Assembly (NCBI GenBank): GCA_013265495.1
Contig: MU057724.1
Span: forward strand, 808,001-872,000
Source of the DNA: Vicugna vicugna
Taxonomy: Eukaryota
Length of the DNA: 64,000 bases
Direction: 5' to 3'
The notes beneath the pieces are model-generated. The model did no database searches, had not been told where the DNA came from, and was given only the letters and a program-made list of their open reading frames with translations. A program made the position numbers and the translations under genes. Position 1 is the stretch's first letter. Each line of letters opens with the position of its first letter. Of the stretch, positions 47,359-59,490 are shown one piece after another.

Positions 47359-47785
47359 TATTTTTCTTTTCTTTCTGGTTTACTTCACTTAGAATGACGA
47401 TCTCCAGGACCAAGAAAAATACCATATGATATCGCTTACATGTGGAATCTAAAAAAAAAAAAGACACAGATGAACTTATTTACAAAACAGAAGCAGACTC
47501 ACAGACACAGAAAACAAACTTATGGCTACCAGGAGGTAAAGGGGGTGGGAAGGGATAAACTGGGAGTTTGAGATTTGCAGATACTAACTACTAGATATAA
47601 AATAGATGAACAACGAATTTACACTGAATGGCGCAGGGAACTATACGCAGTATCTCGTAGCAACCTTAATGAGAAAGAATAAGAGAAGGAATGTATGTAT
47701 GTATATAAACGACTGGAACGTGCTGTGCACCAGAAACTGACACAACGCTGTGACCTGACTAGACCTCAGTGAAGAAGCAAACTGA
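47359..47785 (+). mobile_element. Camelid L1 3' end with 5' inversion
   Basis: 47359-47411 is the reverse complement of the L1 sequence immediately upstream of the forward part that starts at 47412. Confidence 0.85.
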
Positions 47786-48429
47786 AAATGGAAGATGTCC
47801 AGGTTAGAGTCCGCATGACTCTCTGAGAAATTTGCCACTGAGTTAGGATTTTAGAGGGAACAGAAGTTGGTGATGGAGCTCAGATTCGGTCTCTCATGGC
47901 TGCCAAAGTCCCAAACAGAATCTCCTGTTTTTCCTCAAGGTTTTCTCCCTGAAACACACAGTCATGCTACACAACGTCCCTCTTTCAGTCAGAGTTCAGT
48001 CTGGAGGTGGACGCTGCATGGTGGACATTTACCGAGGAGAGTTATTAAATATGAGATCGAATGACGGGCATCGGCTGCTGCAGGCGAAGAGGTGGATCCA
48101 GGAGGCTGAGCCCCAGAGGAGGGCACATCTGAAGGAAGGACCCGGGGAATGAGCTTCTGGCCTCACTGGAGGAGGCAGAGCTGTGGCCCGCGGGACGGGG
48201 AGCCTCCTGTTTAGAAGAGTCTAAAATCACGAGTCTAGACTTGAAGGTTCTGGGGTAGGTGTGCACGTAGTCTCAGTCCCAAGATCCGCGAGGCAGCAGT
48301 TTTACCAGGAGCTCTGCCAGCACCGAGAGTCTGCCACAGAGCCAGCGAGGGAGTCCTCAGCGCCAACGTGGCTTCCAGCCCGGCCAGTTCTCAGTGTCGA
48401 TGTCAGTCTTGTGGCCCCAAAGACGACTG

Positions 48430-48960
48430 TCAGTTTGGCTAGACAGTTCTATTTCAGATGCAGATGAGAGAAATTCGTCTTCAGACTAGCTCACGAAGGG
48501 GAGATGACTGACTCATTCACTCAGGAAGTTCACGCTGTGCGTTTTCAGGAATAGATGGATTTCGGGTTTCCAGGGGTGAAATCAGGAGCTGGGTCTCTTC
48601 GGCTCTTCCCTACACGTTATTTGGCGCTGGATTCGTTCTCAGAAGCGCTGTCCTGAGAGACAAATGAGGGCCACTGATCCCATGGGCTTCTGCACCTTCT
48701 CAATCACATTTCTTTCATCATCCCACAGAAGCCCCCGGCATTTCCCTCAATTTCCCTCCCCAGGCTGAGTGGTGGACATCACAGCCACCCCGAGTCCAGC
48801 ACTGCGGTCATCTGACCGGCCGGAGCTGGGTCATGTGTCCATCCCTGAGATCACATGAAAACGAGCTTATTTTCCTGTAAACTCAATGGAAATGGTTTTC
48901 AGTGAGAAACACGTCTTCTCCTATCCAAAAATGAAGAAGAAAAACTGTACGGTTGCTGAG
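48430..48960 (-). mobile_element. Old MLT1 (J/K/L-like) LTR
   Basis: ctgaccggccggagctgggtcatgtgtccatccctga motif. Confidence 0.5.
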
Positions 48961-49149
48961 CAGGACGGCTGCTGTCTCCACCGCTCTTCAAACGGCGCTG
49001 TGGTGAAGGGAGACGCACAGATCCCGAAGGCCTGCGCAAACAAGCGTGCTGGGAGGCGCCGCCGCCGTGGCGGGTCTTCCTTTGATTACTTGTAATTTTT
49101 TGATGTTGAGACAGAATGGCAGAGACAGGAAGCAGTAGAGAGAACTCTT

Positions 49150-49236
49150 GAAGAATAGTTCTTTATGTGTGACTGGGACACGATGCTGCACACCAGAAAC
49201 TGACACATTGTAACTGACTGTACTTCAATGAAAAAA
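49150..49236 (+). mobile_element. Short L1 3' tail
   Basis: tgactgggacacgatgctgcacaccagaaactgacacattgtaactgactgtacttcaatgaaaaaa. Confidence 0.85.
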
Positions 49237-50369
49237 CATCACAGACAAAGAAAAACAGTTCTTGTCAGTTTGTGGCAGTTGTTTAAATTAATAGATGCAC
49301 ACAATATTTTATAGGGATAAGCCAGTCCATGCCATGTAGAGCAATAGCATTTAGGGACACTGAGTCCTATGGGCAAAGAAAGTAGATGCTCACTCGTGAA
49401 CCATGCATAAATGAGAGCGCTTTCCGAAAGACGTTTCCGTGTGTGTGCGTACAAAGTGCTCACTCCTCAGAGACTGTGTCCCTGAAGAAAGCTTGCTCTT
49501 CAGGTGTTAATTTCCAAATCGCAAACAGTGAATGTTTATGAAAATCTGTCTATCCATTTAAAGTCATTTATTAAATTAGAAGGACTAAGGCTGCACACAT
49601 TCTCCAGCAGAAGACTGACTCTGAGAAATGCTTACCACCTGAAACAGGTTGGCCCTCTCACAGTCCTGAAATAACACTTTTACCTAGTTTTAAATCTTTT
49701 CAAAGTTGTATTCAAGATAATTGAGCAGTTTTCAAAATTAAAGCTCTCTCTTTTCATATGCAATATACTGTCTTTCTATTCAGGATGGTTTATGGTGTCC
49801 ACATTTTTAGCACCTTTTTCTCTCAAAGTTCTATTAGGATAAATGACTACGTATAAAACGAAAATGTAATTTATTTCACCACTTTAAAACTAGGAGGAGT
49901 GTTACCAGCACAGCCAAGCAGGGAAGAATTAATGGACCCAATAAAACAGGTGGGAGAGAAAAGACATATAGATAAGTTCACATTTAGTAAAGTCTGGGAA
50001 GAATTATCAAGATACGAAGCAGAAGGACATGAAGGTGGGGAGAAGTTGGCTCCGCCCTGCCGGTCAGCTGAGAAAGGAGGCGGCAGGTTGGGAGGGAGCC
50101 CGTCCTGTGGCAGGACGAGGGAGAGAGGTGGCCTGAATTGTCCCCGAGGGCCGATGTGACTGTGGTCGCCCCTGTGGTGAAGCCAGTGAGGCAGGAGAGG
50201 CAGGGACGACCTCGTGACTGACAGCTTTTATTGCAGCATTTCTTAATGACGACCTACTCACCACTAACGTGGAGTTAGGGATCTGGAAGAGAAAGAACGC
50301 ACTTCAGGAGCCCAGCGCTGAAGACAGTGACTGCGGCTGATGCTCGCTGGGCAGGGCCTATCCTGCAAG

Positions 50370-50560
50370 GTTTCCGGGCCTTGACTATTTAATTTTCACA
50401 GTCACCCCAGGGGAGAAGTTACTCCTCTCCCTGTTCTTCACATGAGCAAACCAAGGTGCAGAGACTTGTGGAGGCTGCTCAGTGCTGCGAAGCCAGTAAG
50501 CGGCTGAGCCAAGACTGAAAGAGGAGCCTGGCTTTGTGTGAGATGCTCTCAACACACCAT
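50370..50560 (-). mobile_element. MIR SINE
   Basis: atttaattttcacagtcacccc...cacatgagcaaaccaaggtgcagaga...ccagtaagcggctgagcca. Confidence 0.65.
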
Positions 50561-51047
50561 TCTTGGAATTTTCCAAATACGATAAATGCTGGCTGTGATC
50601 ATTTGAAGTGAAAAAGAAGTAAGAGGAAAACCAAATAGACAGTAAACATCAAAATATTGTCACCATTACATAAGACTGTGTGGCCCGGAGTGACAGAGTT
50701 AGAGCGCATCTTGACGTCTGGTCCAGAGCCCAGACCACCCGAACACCCACGTCTTAGCACCCGCTGCGTCTGACGGTGGTTTGTTGTGCTAAAAAGATGG
50801 AATCCAGAGCGTTTTAAGAGCTGGAGTGAAGTGCAGTCTAACAGGTCCATTGGCTAAGGCGTCAGGCAGAATGTTTTACAAATTGGAACACTTGTTTCCA
50901 AGGCAGAGTTATTCTAAAGATAAATTAAAAGGATGGGGCTCTTCAGACAGATCATGTAGGCCAGCGCGAACCAAGAGTTGGGATGATGAAAATATTTTTC
51001 TGATTTCAAAAACGTATGGAAAGAAATTAAGTGAAGCAAAAGATGAC

Positions 51048-51439
51048 TGTATTAGTCATGTCTCTGTGGAGAAACAGACCAATAGAAGACGTAACTTAGG
51101 TTTAGGTTTAGGCTCAGGAATGGGCTCACGCGGCTATGGGGCTGGCAAGTTTGAAGTCCGCAGGTCAGGCCAGGAACTCAGCAGGCTTAACAGAGTGGCC
51201 CTGACACAGGGCTCCTCCTCTCCAGGAAAGCTTGGCGTTTGGATTCCAGGCCCTTCAACTGATTAGATGAGGCCCACCCTCCTTATAAAATAAAAGGATG
51301 ACATTTTATTTAATGTTAATTGATTGTAGGTGTTAACCCCATCTGCAACATCCTTCCATGAGAACACCTAGATTAGTGTTTGATTAAATAACTGGGTACC
51401 ACAGCTCGGCCAAGTTAGCACACAACGTTAACCATAACA
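51048..51439 (-). mobile_element. MLT2 (ERVL) LTR
   Basis: tgtattagtc...cttcaactgattagatgaggcccacc...ccaagttagcacacaacgttaaccataaca. Confidence 0.88.
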
Positions 51440-52424
51440 AGTTCTGAATGTGTAATGACAGTCTACCATTCAGTGATTAAACTGTGGTGGGAGTACAATC
51501 AGGAATGGCTGTAATGGTCTAAACACCTCCAAAGAGGTGGCAGAGTAACAGAAAACATGCCATGTACCAAGAATGAAATGAGAATTAATCCGAACCTTGG
51601 ACAATGGATGGAGAGAAGGCTGAGAATGAGTCAAGTCTTGCAGGGAGGCTGGGAACTAAGAGGAAATTGTGCACGGTCACGTAGAAGGAGATTTGATACT
51701 CAAGTGTTGGATTAATGTGATCCTCTCCTTGGTGAGAGAACAGCCCCTGGGATGTTTGGTGGCTCAGGAGTTTTACATCAGAAGCATTTTTATGCCATTT
51801 ACTGGCTTCATAATTCACATTCACTGTATAAAAATAGCTGCAATAATTTTGCACTTATGTACAAAACCGTAAGCTTGACAGTTCTGTGTAAGACTGAGAA
51901 CATACAGGTACTTCTGGGGTAGAAAACAAAGAACAAAGGAGCCAGGGCTCCCCTTCTCGTTAGGATCACACCGCAGGATGAACTTCCGAATGACAGGCTA
52001 TCCGGTGACTGTCGTTTCTCTGCAGATCTCAGTGGAAAGACTTTGGCATTAGGCATTATGCAAAAATTGTCTATAAAATAAGAACAAAATTAAGCCCTCA
52101 AGAAATGAAGGAAGGAAGGACCTCAGAATCAAACTTGCTGGTTACCGACTGATTTATGACTTACCACCTCGTGTCCCCCACAAATCCCTCCACAGCTCCG
52201 CCTGCAGCTCCGTCATCCGTGCACTTGGGACAGCAGTGCCCACGTCACAGTGCGGCTGTGGAGGTGTAATGAGTCCATCCCGGGAGCCCCCTCAGGGCCC
52301 CCGGCGCCCTCACGCTCCCTGAGGGCTAGTAAGTGCCGTTGGTCTGGAGCGGCCTTAGGAGGCTGCACTGATAAACCGTACGTCAGAACAAAGGCGAGGA
52401 CGAGGAAACTTCCAGACCGCACCC

Positions 52425-53073
52425 CCCGCCCACCTCGGTGCCTCCTCCTGGAGTTTTCACACAGACGGGATCACACACTGTGTGGTCTCCGTCCTGGGCC
52501 TCCGCCACCAGCCGTAAGGTCTCCAGGATTCCTCATGATGTGCGGGCGTCAGTGTTCTATCTCTCGTCGTGTGGGCGAGTGACGTTTTACTCACCTGTCC
52601 GTCGTTTCATGAACATTTACTTGGGCTGCCTCCCCTTTGGGGCTGCTGTGAGCCGTGCTGCTGCCAACACTCGTGAACAAGTCTGGGTGGGCGTGGGCGT
52701 TTGTTCTCTTGGGCGTATGCCCAGGAGCAGGATTGCTGGGTCGTACTGTAACTCTGCTTAATATTTGGGGGAGCTAAAATTCCATTTCCCAGGGTGGCTG
52801 ATCACTTCACAATCTCATAAGTGCGTTGCAATCATGCCACAGACGCAGCAAGGCTCGTCACTGCCTGTATATCTCTGTATGTGTTTTAAATGTTTCCCAT
52901 CCCAGCTGCTGCAAAGCAGTATCTCATTTTTGTGTTGAAATACACTTTCCTCATGACTAAGAGGTTGAGCGTCTGGCCATCTCTCTATATCTTCTTTCAA
53001 GAAGGGTTTACTCAAAACCATCATCCATTTTTATTCGTATTTTATCCTTTTATTGTTGAGTTGTAAGAGTTCT
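52425..53073 (-). mobile_element. L1MB/MC-like 3' fragment, GC-shifted
   Basis: cttgggcgtatgcccaggagcaggattgctgggtcgta...ttgttgagttgtaagagttct. Confidence 0.8.
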
Positions 53074-54864
53074 AAAAAAGTTGGTGTGTTACTATAATTT
53101 CCAGGGTTCTTTGCTGTTATGGAGGAGAGGATTATTGAGGTCTGACTAACCTCTTTCTCCTGCTGTCACTTTGTCTCTTCCTTTTGGATAATCTAAACCC
53201 TAGAAGAGATGTCCCAGTGACACCGACCAGGGTCAGTGGTGCAGCCCTGACCGGCAGTGCAGACTCGGAGCCTGTCACAGACATTTTTGATTGAACATGG
53301 ATGGAGAATGAAGACATGAGTGCCGGCCCTGAGGCCCCCGGGGACCATGGGGACACGAGGAGGGCCACCTCCGGAAATGCATCAATGCTGTTGGCCCAGC
53401 TTGGTCAGAAATGTCTGGAGACAAGGCTCCTAGAACTAATGTTTCAGTCAGAGTGTGAGTTGAAGATGAAGCAATAATAATCGAACACAGCAGCCAATGC
53501 CTGCCTTTGAAAACCCAGGGTCTCTTTTCCAGTGTGCAGTGGAATGATCGCCACACGCTGGTCTTTTTGGTAAACACCCCAGCCCAAGGTAGTTCAGTCA
53601 GTAGCGTTATTTCTCACACAGGAGGGATGACAACGGGTTATTGGAACAAATTCTCAAAGCAGAAAGAAAATGACTAGCATTAGATCATCTGGTTTCAACC
53701 TGGGTTATTTCGGTCATTTGCTGGTATCTTTCAGAGAGGAACAAATTCCTTCTCTCTGCAACACGTTAAGTCAGCTCTCTGAGAGCTGAGAGCCTTTGGT
53801 CCAGGGTTGAGGAAAAATAACCACGGCTCATTTTTAGAACTCAATCTTAATTCGCTTCAAAAACCAGGAAAAATATTAAACCTTCTCCGGAAACAGATGA
53901 TAAAGACTAGGCTTGTCTGTTTTCACAATAAAAGAGGAACTGGTTGTTCACGAACACAGAAGTCGTTCTGAATATGCACACAGTTCCTGAGCTACGAGCG
54001 ACTCGGGCAGGGCTGCGGCATTTATGGGGGAAAAAGATGCCATGCAAGTGGGCTTGGCAGTTCAGTCCAGGGCTGGTCAAGGGGCAACTGTGACGCAGTA
54101 AACTAGGAAATCTGAGGTCTGGGCTATGCGCTCTGCACCGACACGGAAGACCTTAAGTGAATCTGGAGCTCCCGAGAAGGGTCCGAAGCCAGACCAGCGA
54201 CTCTGGAAGTTCCTCTCAGCCTTGCTGGAGTAATCCTGTTGCCACTCTGCCGTTCCACCAGCTTTGTTAGTGAACCTTGTATCTTCGCCCTGTTTGATGT
54301 AATCTGCGTCTCACAGCTTTGCCAGCACATCACTGAGTGAAGTAGTTTTGTTTTCCTTCATGGAGCCACGTTAACTTGTCATAACAAATGATACTTTGTT
54401 TATATTATGAACCCATATGGTAATAAAAGCAATGCGTTGGATTATTTTTAGAACAATTTTGATCAAAATACTTCTTTTTCACTACGTTTCACAAGGGGCG
54501 TGGAGCTCGACGTGCTACACGCGTCCTCGCCTTCTTGCTAAAACTGCCATGTTATCATTTTACACACAGTCCTTCTCCCTGTCTCATATCCTGGGAAACA
54601 ATATAATTATGGAAAATACTGTGTTTACTTGTGCATGACATTTCCCAAATGAGAGATAATTGTCAATTTCTGCCATGTATGGTTCCACTTCGCCTGAAAT
54701 ATTATCACATTTATTGAGTGTTATGTGCACAGAGTTCAGGGTGTATTAACATCCAGGCCACACACGTTTCTCTCACTTTAATTAATGACACAAACAATAT
54801 AGCTATTTCAAAACATAAAATGTGAAAATAAATTATGATTTCACCATCCTAAATATGATTTTAA

Positions 54865-55230
54865 AATATTCTTACTAAAATATTTAACGAGTACCGAAAA
54901 GGGGCACAAAACATATATGTACAATTTAATGAATTATCACCCAAGGAAAACAGCACCCAACCCAAGAAATTGGATGGGACATCACCCACGAAGTTGTTGT
55001 CCCAGTCACCGTTGTCCCTCCTGAAAGTACCTGCTAGTATAACTCATGAACCTCAGTACGAAATAGTTTTGAACCTTATATAAATGGGACCACGTAATGC
55101 AAGTAATTGCTCAATAGAGTATTTTTTGAGCTTTGTACACATTGCATGTGTGGCTGAAGTTCACTCCTTTTCATTGGTGTATAGTATTCAATCATAGGAT
55201 TTGACCACAATTTATTTAACCTTTGTTCAA
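54865..55230 (-). mobile_element. L1ME/MC-like 3' fragment
   Basis: tttgaaccttatataaatgggacc...ttttcattggtgtatagtattc...accacaatttattta. Confidence 0.65.
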
Positions 55231-55604
55231 GTGATTGACAGACCACTGCCACCCCATGACCATGTTTCTTACCATAGAAAAAGGAGACTTGATAACACTA
55301 ACTCCCCTCAGGTCCCTGTGGTGACTTGTTTATGTGAAGTCATAATGTAACAGATGAGTGATGAGTGCCACACACTCTCCATAGACTCTCTTCTTCGTAA
55401 GAAAACGTCCTGGTGTAATTTTGGCAGCTTGTAACCTTCCAAGAATAATTCAAATCACATCGTAAATGCAACCGACCTCAAATCTTTAGAGTCTAAAAGA
55501 GATACGTGACATCTTTTACGTCTCCACAACGACTCCACGGTGGTAAGAATGTGTGTGCCAGTGGATAATAGCAGCTGGGTGACTTGGGGGACGTCTCAGT
55601 TTTA

Positions 55605-55775
55605 TTATGTATTTAACACTCCACAAAATCATTAGCATTCTTCATAGCATTAAATTTTAAGTATAAGGAAATTAAAGCACAAAGAAATTAAGCGACTTCT
55701 CAAAGCTCATCCGAGTCTGAAGGTTGCAGAGCAAATATTTGAGTCCACTTGTGTCTGGTCCCAGAGACTCGCAGT
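55605..55775 (-). mobile_element. MIR SINE
   Basis: ataaggaaattaaagcacaaagaaattaagcgacttctcaaagctca. Confidence 0.65.
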
Positions 55776-56444
55776 AACTGATGAAATAATCTGGAATGAC
55801 AGGTGCAGATTTAAAAGCAGTGTGGAGAGTATCCTGGCGAAAAGAATGAAAAATCTGATCTTCAAAATAATAAGAGGAAACCTCTCTAATTTTAACAGAC
55901 GGTTCATGAGTAAGAGTGGAAGATGAGAGGAACCCGCCCACCCCTGGGGGCTTAGAGCCCGTCAAAGGTGATTGATTGACTTACCCCTTTGAGAGAGAGA
56001 ACATAAATAGGACGTTCACTACGCGTTTTTGGGAAAATCTGAAACCCGTGTTTCTGTCCTGCATGCATCTGAGGTCCTGGAACCTCAGGGTAAGACGAGG
56101 AGTTTGCCCGGATACCTGCAGTCAGACTTGCAAGCCGCCTGCCTGTCTCGGCAGCTGAAGGCTACCGTCCCCGCTAGGCTGCTGGCTGCTCTGCAGCAGC
56201 CGCATTTATTTGTTTTTATTTTTGCACGTCCGCTCTAGAGTGACTTTTACTCCTTCTAAAGACAACCTGTTTGAAAAGAATTGTAGCTCTAGTTAAAGGT
56301 GAGGGAAATTGCTCCAGCAGGTTTATTTCCCATTACTTTCCCGTCTGCTGCCTCCAGGTAGCCCCTCAACAAAGCCATCTGTCTGAAAGGTGCCACAGCC
56401 ATCCTTCAGGACCTGAAGAGAGAGCTGTATTTTACCAGCACGGG

Positions 56445-56447
<3 letters not shown>

Positions 56448-56479
<32 letters not shown>
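56448..56479. repeat. (TG)n microsatellite
   Basis: directly visible. Confidence 0.97.
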
Positions 56480-56480
<1 letters not shown>

Positions 56481-57974
56481 AAAGAGGAGCAACTGGAGGC
56501 ATCGCCCGTGAGTGAGATGATGGGGCGGCTCTGGTTCGGACAGACGCACGAGTGTCAGCCCTTCCCCGGGTGTCTGTTTTTATGTAAAACGCCTGGTTCT
56601 GACCTTGTCAGCGCTTGTCCTTAAACTCATTTAACTCTGCGTCGTCTTCTGTCCACGGAGTCACGCCGTACGTGACAGACGTGTGACCTACGGGGCTGGC
56701 AGTGAGCCCTGAGCCCTGCGGGGAGCCCAGCATCCAGGAGGGAGAAAGCATCGGACAACCCGGAGCCGCAGGGCTGGGGCCTGCGCACACGTCCTGCTGA
56801 AATGCCACGCGCTCCGCCCCAGGCCGATGGGTGACAATGGCCTTAGCAACTAGTACTGCTTTAGTCGCCCGTGCGTTGCGAGGTCTAGTAGGTGAATTAT
56901 CCTAGCCTTTTAGCATTTAACCTCTAACAGGTTTCAGGGTTTTATATGGAAGGAATTTGCTCTTCCTTCCAAACACAGCTCATCAGGTAGATCCATCCGT
57001 CATCGAGAGAGAGGTTCGCGTCGCCCCGTGGTTACAGAGCCCAGCTTCAGGGTCTCAGCCGTAAGCAGTAAATGCAGCCTTTTTACAGGGGTCTTTCTCC
57101 ATCTTTATAGCCCCCTTTTCACTAAATGGAAGCTTTCTGAAATCCAATCAAACAGACAAATCTTTCTTCTTATAAATCACTATTTCTGTCAGGGTCTCCG
57201 TGGATTCCAAGCTGATCAATTCACTAAAATGCTAAATATTTTATAAGCTAATCAAGCAATGTTTTTCAGCACCTACTATTTACAAGATACCGTGGCTGGC
57301 ACTGGCAGGGACGTGGCGTTTAAGATGCGATGTCCACCTCCAAGCAGCCTGGCAGTCCCGCGAGGAAAGTAGAAGACGTGCATGTGAGGAGGAGTGCCTG
57401 CCCCGTCCGCTCAGCACCGCTGATAAATTACCGGTGTGTGAAGTCCAAGCACCCTCCCCCTGAGCGTCCGCGTCTCTGCCGCGTGCGGCCAGCCACCCCG
57501 TCCCCTCTCGTCGTGAGCGTTTAAAGTCGTCATTTCTACTTCCATTCTTTTCACGTCTAATGTGTCCAACACTCACATGCTGAGTAGTTTTCCAATGAGA
57601 GCAATTGTATCGCAGACTTTTGGAGCTGAAAGTTGTCAGAACAGTCGCATTTCAAAACTGCTTCTGGAATCTTTGTGCGCACGGCAGCACGTAAAGCAGA
57701 ATTCCCCTGGTGGAGGCAATTATTTTTGTTCGCTGAATTCGGCAGCTGAGGTGCTCTCCTCCTCCCTGTTGCTTCCCATTGTTCTCATGATTTTTCTGAA
57801 GCCCTGACACTGAGGCCCATCGTTACCTGTGCTCCGTTTACCTGTCGGTGTCTGATAGACTCCCCCAGACCGTCTGTCATCTCAGCCAAACAGCCATCTT
57901 CATTATCCCTGCAAGACGCCATTCTCCTCTCATGGCCCTTGACCTTCTCCACACTGTGTTAAAGCTACTGAAAT

Positions 57975-58835
57975 CTCATCTGCTCGTCAGCAGAAAACAA
58001 AGGGAGGCTTGCGGTATATAGAAACACACTGGAATATTCTCCAGCCATGAGAAAGAAGGAAATCCTGCCATTTGCAACAACATGGATGTGTCACAGCTGG
58101 CAGGCGGCTAGATACGAGCAGAGAAAGGGGCACGCGGGCCAAATGGCAAGAATTGGGCAAAAGGGAGAGGGACGTGGGGCCAAATGCAGGAAACCCTGCA
58201 TCGTACAGACAACAGGTGTCCCTGGGCAGAGAGAGAAAAGCAGGGACCTCTGGGCTGATACCTGGTCACACACTTTGGGGTGACACGTGTCCTGGAGGCC
58301 GACAAAGAAGGTGGGGAAATGCAGGAAGCTCCAGTGTCGGAATGTAGCCTTTTGCTCGTTATGCCCTCATTTCAGTGAAATTAGCCTTGCAGATTAGGAG
58401 TACCCATTAGAAGACACCATGACTAAATAAGGACAAAAGCCCCTCCTCCCCTCGGGAAGGTGGGGCTGGGATGGAGATCAGGGACCACGACCCCAAGCCC
58501 TTCCCTCCGCAGTGGATATTCCGCCCACTCATTTTCACACCCTATGTAATCAACTTGCCAAAGAAACTCGGGGCGGCCACTGCCCTGAGCCTGCCCTCTC
58601 TCCCCTTGAGCGTGTGCCATCCATCCCTTAATAAGTCCCCACTTTACTTTCTTAACCTCCACGTCTGGTCTCTGAATCCTTTCTGGATGGGACAAGAACC
58701 TAGCCACCGGCGCCAGACGGACCTTGAGGACATTATGCTAAGTGAGGTGAATCAGACAGAGGAAGACGCGTATGGTGTGGTCTCACTTCTCTGTGGAACT
58801 GGAAAGAGTCAAACTGATAGAAACAGAGAGCACCA
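57975..58835 (+). mobile_element. L1 ORF2-end/3'UTR fragment split by an LTR
   Basis: aaggaaatcctgccatttgcaacaacatggatg | gacggaccttgaggacattatgctaagtga is continuous L1 once the LTR is removed. Confidence 0.85.
58089..58715 (+). mobile_element. ERV1-class solo LTR (627 bp)
   Basis: TG...CA termini; 4-bp TSD GATG (58085-58088) / GACG (58716-58719); polyA-like cttaataag near the 3' end. Confidence 0.85.
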
Positions 58836-59490
58836 AGGCATTTGTCCAAGTCAGAGCGTCTCGGCCGTCGGCTCCTTGGGTTGCCCCGCACCCTCTCCCT
58901 GCCCTCTCCTCCGGCGCTGCGTGCGTCCCCGCTCGATGGTGTCCCGTACGGCTCCTAAGCCGCCTCCGCTCCTCTCCGTTTGCTCTTCTCCCTCTCCTCT
59001 GACGGGCTGAGTCCCTCTGCCTTGTCTTCAGTTCACGGACCCTTTCTTCTGCCAGACCTGGTATGATGTGAACCACGCAGCTGCACACTTGATGCACCTG
59101 TACATTCCTGCTCTGCAGTTTCTCTTTGGTGCTTTTTACTAGTTTACGTCTCTTCACTGAAATCCGCTGTCAGTGCATTGCTCTCTTGACGTCAGTGAGC
59201 AACTTTACGACCGTTATTGTGAACTTCCCATCAGGTGAATCGGTTTCCTCTGATTCATTAAGAGCTGTTCCTGGAGTTTCATCTTGTTCTCTTGTTTGGA
59301 ACATGTTCCTCTGTTTCTTCATTTTCCTTGGCTCCTTGGTTGGCTTCTGTGCATCACGTAAAACAGCCACCTCTTCAGTCCTGACCGACTGGTCTTGTGT
59401 TATCACTCAGCCTGGCCCAGGCTCTTGGCTGCCTCTCAAATCTTTTTAATTGCCCAAACCATCATTTTGGTTCTTAGGGGCTCCCAGTAG
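58836..59490 (-). mobile_element. L1 ORF1 5' fragment
   Basis: MKKQRNMFQTREQDETPGTALNESEETDSPDGKFTITVVKLLTD resembles the L1 ORF1 N-terminus. Confidence 0.8.
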
